Assembly: GCA_003599255.1 (NCBI GenBank)
Contig: QZJF01000017.1
Location: 35,940 to 99,939, forward strand
Length of the DNA stretch: 64,000 bases
Direction: 5' to 3'
Source: a candidate division WWE3 bacterium
GTDB taxonomy: Bacteria > Patescibacteriota > WWE3 > UBA101185 > UBA10185
The notes under the pieces: model-generated
What the model was told of the DNA's origin: nothing
What the model saw: only the letters and a program-made list of their open reading frames with translations
Databases searched by the model: none
Position numbers and translations under genes: made by a program
Shown here: in pieces, positions 59,853 through 64,000 of the stretch
How positions within the stretch are numbered: position 1 is the first letter of the stretch
Layout: every line of letters begins with the position of its first letter

Positions 59853-61100
59853 CTAGACGTGATCCTGTAAATCAGACACATTAAGTACGATCCCTAATGT
59901 CAGCCAGAGCAGCAACCAGGGTTGATGTATCGTTACAAAGTAATGATCAAAACACCCAAGAAATATAATTTGAAGAAGCGCCGCCTGCAAAAATAGAGTA
60001 TTAGATTTTAATTTGGAGAAGCCTGTATAGAATAATGATAAAAAGAGCAACAGACCTATAATTCCGATTTCAAGAACCAAAAGAGCATATATGTTGTGAA
60101 CAGGCTGCACAAAACGAATATCCCGCGTCCATGGAATATTTTTTTCCAGTAAAACGACTGAATTGTTAATCCCTACACCAAACAGATAATCGGATTTTAC
60201 AATTTTGTACGAAGCATCAAGTAAGTTGCTTCGACGGTAAATGGAGGGATTTTCGCTAGCACTGAGAAAACGAAAAACAGGAATAAAAAAACTGAATACG
60301 AAAGCGCTTAATACAAAAGCCCTTGCAAGAAAAGTCCCGGTTCTGCCCAGAAAATAAATCAGCAAGCCAATCCCAAACGATATCCAGGAGAAATAACTGA
60401 ATGTGAAAAGCAATGCAAAGCTTCCAAATAAAACTACCATTCGGAATATCTTGGGAGAAATTAAATAATGCAAAAAAACAATAATTACTAAATATATACT
60501 GAGTATTCCACCGAAAATATTCGGGTGTCTGAACAACCCGTAGGCAGGAACTTTTGTATGCCCAAGGACGTTTTCCTTGGAAATACTAGGAGTATTTGCG
60601 CTGTAAGGCTGCTCTCCAAGAATCAAATAGTTATCGAAAACGGAGCCTTGAAAACTGTATTGCAATATGCCTAAGATACCTAAAGCCAAAGTGGTTACGG
60701 CTATAATATTTGCATAAATTTTTAAATCCCGCGCGTAATCAAAACGTAACGAAGCATAAAGCATCACCCCTGTGTATAAAAACGTTCTTGTAAAAAAAGT
60801 GGCTGAGGGCAGAAATCTATTCGACATAAACAAAGAAAGAAACATTACAAACAAAAACCACACGGCAATAGCAAAATAACGTTTACTTAACAGGGATTTT
60901 AAATCATTCTTAAAATTCCTTTCCAGTGCCCAAGCTCCAATTAAAAACGTCGCAACGATATCAGGTAAAAAAATGGTAGGAATTAAATAATCTATCAGGA
61001 GTCCTCCTGCGTAAGCCTGCGTGATTATAAAGTGGTACCCCAAATTCACAGGCAGTGCTGCAAGTAATGAAAAAAATAAAAATTTTGACAATTTTCTCAT
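59853..61100 (-). CDS. O-antigen ligase/polymerase-family polytopic membrane protein
   Basis: 415 aa with ~10 TM helices and a larger loop region. The architecture resembles Wzy_C/WaaL. Confidence 0.5.
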   Translation of the reverse strand: MRKLSKFLFFSLLAALPVNLGYHFIITQAYAGGLLIDYLIPTIFLPDIVATFLIGAWALERNFKNDLKSLLSKRYFAIAVWFLFVMFLSLFMSNRFLPSATFFTRTFLYTGVMLYASLRFDYARDLKIYANIIAVTTLALGILGILQYSFQGSVFDNYLILGEQPYSANTPSISKENVLGHTKVPAYGLFRHPNIFGGILSIYLVIIVFLHYLISPKIFRMVVLFGSFALLFTFSYFSWISFGIGLLIYFLGRTGTFLARAFVLSAFVFSFFIPVFRFLSASENPSIYRRSNLLDASYKIVKSDYLFGVGINNSVVLLEKNIPWTRDIRFVQPVHNIYALLVLEIGIIGLLLFLSLFYTGFSKLKSNTLFLQAALLQIIFLGCFDHYFVTIHQPWLLLWLTLGIVLNVSDLQDHV

Positions 61101-61870
61101 TGTTTAAGTTTTTTTGAGGCAGTGTGAGCAGAATGAATCAGTGTATCGTCAAGAGCCTTGAGTTCCTCTCCGGAAATTTTCAAAGCCTTGGCAATAAGAT
61201 AGTCCGCGAAATGGGGATTTCTTGCCAGAAGGGGACCGTGAAAATAAGTTCCGTAAGAATTTTTGAAAACAGCACCCTCGGTGTTATCCTCTGCATTATT
61301 TCCATATCCCGTTAATACCTTCGCCAAAGGGCGTAACTCAGCACCAAGGTATGTTCTACCACCATGATTTTCAAAACCGACTAAGGTATCCCCAAGCTTA
61401 TTTACATTTTTAAATATTTGATCTCCTAAAATATCAGAAGAAAGTTCTGCTACAGTATTTCCGATACATCGGGGCTTTCTCTCCCCAAAATGTTCTGTAT
61501 ACAAATCAAATATCCCCGCCCCATTCAATATGGTCCCGTCTGCCGCTTTGTAGTAATGTCCCAACAATTGATAAGACCCGCAGATAAAAAGTCCCGTACC
61601 CTCACCCTCAATGTAATCTTTCAAATAAGGCCCCTTATTTTTTAAAAGGTCCTCGTACATACTTTTCTGACTTGAATCCGGACCACCTCCCATAAACACA
61701 AGGTTTACATGAGCCATTAACATGCTGTCTACTCTTGTATCAGGCGATATTCTCAGTAGCTCTACCTCAATATTCCGTAAAAAAGACCGCTGACTGAGTA
61801 TTTCAACATTTCCGTTATCTCCGTACAGATTCAATAGTTCAGGATAAAAATACGCAAGTACAATTTTCAT
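61097..61870 (-). CDS. gatD: lipid II isoglutaminyl synthase glutaminase subunit GatD (CobB/CobQ-like GATase)
   Basis: GLFICGSYQLLG catalytic Cys context and FHGPLLARNPH His region. It is 4-nt overlapped with the upstream murT-like gene. Confidence 0.6.
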   Translation of the reverse strand: MKIVLAYFYPELLNLYGDNGNVEILSQRSFLRNIEVELLRISPDTRVDSMLMAHVNLVFMGGGPDSSQKSMYEDLLKNKGPYLKDYIEGEGTGLFICGSYQLLGHYYKAADGTILNGAGIFDLYTEHFGERKPRCIGNTVAELSSDILGDQIFKNVNKLGDTLVGFENHGGRTYLGAELRPLAKVLTGYGNNAEDNTEGAVFKNSYGTYFHGPLLARNPHFADYLIAKALKISGEELKALDDTLIHSAHTASKKLKQ

Positions 61871-63015
61871 AATATTTGTCTGCCTAGCAGCACCTCTCTA
61901 AGTTCCAGCATAGCAGAATAGTTAGGCAGGGCTGCTACGGACTTTACATGAGGTGTTCCGGAAATTTTTTTAACTAACTTAGCCAAACTCAAAGAAATGT
62001 TATCCTTTTTAACGGGAATACCTGCATATTCAAGACGAACGGCCATATCCAAACATCGGGAACCTGAAACAAATATCTCTTTGTTTCGACAGGCCTCAAA
62101 AAGTTTTTCTCTGGAAATGTCATAAATCCAGGACACGTCTCTCCCGTCCCTGGGATCGTCGTTCAAAATAAATAGAATAGTATCAGGAAACGTTTCTCCT
62201 GAAGTAAGTAAATCCATATTGTTATTAAAACTTGTGGGATTTTTTGCCAAAAAAAGATGGTACATTTTTTCCGAGTATTCTATTATTTCACCACGGCCGT
62301 ACGCGGCATCAAAACCCTCAAGGCTTTCAGCTGCTTTTTCCGGTCCTATACCTAAAACACCTGCAGCGGTTACTGCAGCATTAACGTTTTTAGCATTAAA
62401 GTCTCCCAAAAGTTTTGTATGACGGACATTATCTAAATTGTCATTAAAATAAAAGATTTTTCCTTTAAACGCTTTTGACAAAACATCGAATTTTTTTTGC
62501 GTAGCATCAAGAATCAACACAGTTCTTGGATCAAGTTCTGCAAGGATACGTTCCCAGCGTTCAAGAATAACATCAATTTCCCCGTATCTATCCAGCTGAT
62601 CTCTGGAAAGATTTAGTAGTATGAGTACAGTAGGTGGTATTTTTTTTATCAAGTGGGGAAGTGTAAACTCATCCACTTCGAAAACAGCGAGATCTGCCAA
62701 GGCTTTGCCAAAAATATTTCTGTCCAACAAAATTGTCGAAGCAATCCCATTCAAAAGGTTTGCACCACTTTTATTGTGCAGAACTTTAACACTATTATTT
62801 TCACAAATATGAGTAATCAACTTCGTGGTTGTTGTTTTACCATTGGTACCTGAAACATAAATAATTCCTCTGGGAAAATGTATTCGCGTATTTTGAAATA
62901 GGGAAGGGTAGAGTTTTAAAGCTAAATGTCCCGGCCAAGTGAAACCAGCACCTTTTTTAAAAATACGTATAAGAAAGTTTGTTAATTTTGCAAGGTATAA
63001 AACTACATAGAACAT
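61867..63015 (-). CDS. murT: Mur ligase-family protein MurT (lipid II isoglutaminyl synthase)
   Basis: VSGTNGKTTTTKLI P-loop of the Mur ligase central domain, a C-terminal DUF1727-like region and pairing with gatD. Confidence 0.6.
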   Translation of the reverse strand: MFYVVLYLAKLTNFLIRIFKKGAGFTWPGHLALKLYPSLFQNTRIHFPRGIIYVSGTNGKTTTTKLITHICENNSVKVLHNKSGANLLNGIASTILLDRNIFGKALADLAVFEVDEFTLPHLIKKIPPTVLILLNLSRDQLDRYGEIDVILERWERILAELDPRTVLILDATQKKFDVLSKAFKGKIFYFNDNLDNVRHTKLLGDFNAKNVNAAVTAAGVLGIGPEKAAESLEGFDAAYGRGEIIEYSEKMYHLFLAKNPTSFNNNMDLLTSGETFPDTILFILNDDPRDGRDVSWIYDISREKLFEACRNKEIFVSGSRCLDMAVRLEYAGIPVKKDNISLSLAKLVKKISGTPHVKSVAALPNYSAMLELREVLLGRQIL

Positions 63016-63039
63016 AAGTTTAGTTATCCCGATTTAAAA

Positions 63040-63348
63040 TAATTCACAATTAGTAGCATTATATTTTATATATATAATTAGTAGTAGTATTAGTAGTCAC
63101 TGTTGATATGTGTACTTTGTACTTTTTTAGGGCAGTTGCGCGGGTTTATTAAATCCCCTATTGTTAATAACTATTTTACCTTTACCTGTAGCCTTTGAGC
63201 CTCTCTCACTTTGTGTTTTGGTTTTATCTTTGTGCTTCATTGTGTGTTTATACATTGTGGATAACTGTGTGTTTTTTGTGGATATCCTTTGGAAGTTTTC
63301 CACGTTTCTTTTTTGCTTTTTATTTGTTTTTCCCCATTTTCCCCAAAC
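63040..63348. promoter_or_regulatory. putative oriC region with DnaA boxes adjacent to dnaA
   Basis: A perfect TTATCCACA (rc tgtggataa, 63257-63265) and a near-perfect aTATCCACA (63287-63295). A very AT-rich stretch at 63040-63130 is a candidate DNA-unwinding element (DUE). Confidence 0.4.
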
Positions 63349-64000
63349 TTATTCACCGTAAATTAACATTTTTACATTTTGAATATCCTGCTTCAATTTT
63401 AACCGTTGTTGCTGCTCGGAACTTATTTTACCCACCCCATGCATTATTGTTGTATGATCTCTTCCCCCCAGAAAATCCCCAATAGTCATAAACGGCGTAT
63501 CAGTTAATTCTTTAATTAAAAACATTGCTACTTGTCTGGGTAGCACCAGTTCTTTCGTTCTCCGCTTTCCCTTAATGTCTATAGATTTTATGGAATAATA
63601 ATTACACACTGCGTTCAGTATCTGATTCATGTTAACCGGTTTAGATGCTTCTTTTTCTTTTAATGTTTTTCCTAGCGCGTTTGCAGCCATTTCAGGAGTA
63701 ATTTCCCCGCCTGCGGCTTTTGTATAAGTCAGTACCTGAAGATAGGCGCCTTCAAGTTCTCTTGTGTTAGTTGTCACCATTTCCGCTATAACGTCTATCA
63801 CAGCGTTTGATATAGGATCATTCATGGCATCTCTGCGGGTCCTCAATATTGCCATTCTCATTTCCAAATCCGGTGGCTGAATGTCGGTAATTATTCCACT
63901 GTTAAATCTCGATGTAATCCTCTCTTCGATATTTGTGAAATCCTTTGGTGGGCGGTCGGATGTAATTACAATTTGTTTTTGGGCCAAATACAGCGTATTG
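63349..64000 (-). CDS. dnaA: chromosomal replication initiator DnaA (C-terminal part; N-terminus beyond window)
   Basis: ITSDRPPKDF...LEGAYLQV (AAA+ sensor 2 region) and the domain IV DNA-binding helix RQVAMFLIKELTD...DHTTIMH. The frame stays open to the window edge. Confidence 0.85.
   Translation of the reverse strand, partial: NTLYLAQKQIVITSDRPPKDFTNIEERITSRFNSGIITDIQPPDLEMRMAILRTRRDAMNDPISNAVIDVIAEMVTTNTRELEGAYLQVLTYTKAAGGEITPEMAANALGKTLKEKEASKPVNMNQILNAVCNYYSIKSIDIKGKRRTKELVLPRQVAMFLIKELTDTPFMTIGDFLGGRDHTTIMHGVGKISSEQQQRLKLKQDIQNVKMLIYGE

Noticed and set aside
1-64000. CRISPR arrays, rRNA genes, integrase/transposase/relaxase genes
   Set aside because: No regularly spaced direct repeats with unique spacers, no rRNA-like sequence, and no ORF with recognisable recombinase, transposase DDE or relaxase motifs were seen. 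The only periodic repeat is the tRNA-Ala 34-mer array.

Overview
This 64-kb window is AT-rich bacterial chromosome lying beside the replication origin: dnaA runs off the 3' end and TTATCCACA-type DnaA boxes sit just before it. The gene content suggests a small-genome bacterium with a Gram-positive-type envelope, possibly of the Candidate Phyla Radiation (CPR/Patescibacteria), but that is inference. Supporting content: murT/gatD, a ComF homologue, many GT-C-like polytopic membrane proteins, rmlD-like and manC-like genes, a SpoIID-domain protein, and no outer-membrane genes. Recognisable housekeeping genes are smpB with an adjacent tmRNA, four tRNAs (Ser-CGA, Ala-CGC, Arg-GCG, Ser-GCT), rplY, rho, valS, proS and tsaD. 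The main finding is two blocks of visibly higher GC, roughly 13.7-29.0 kb and 40.3-52.5 kb, that together look like a type-IV-secretion/pilus-like apparatus. They hold a family of at least five VirB2/TrbC-like two-helix pilin paralogs, one of them fused to a 600-aa extremely Cys-rich extracellular domain. They also hold two VirB6/TrbL-like polytopic proteins, a VirB3-like small membrane protein next to a VirB4-like Walker-A ATPase, and a bifunctional lysozyme-like + M23 peptidoglycan hydrolase. Two giant surface proteins (1436 and 1228 aa) sit in the same blocks. No relaxase, coupling protein or integrase is visible. Other oddities are a tandem triplication of the 3' end of tRNA-Ala, a tRNA-Arg with anticodon GCG, a C39-like peptidase-domain membrane protein and a small secreted Cys-rich peptide. 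All functional calls rest on motif recognition by eye; no database search was run.
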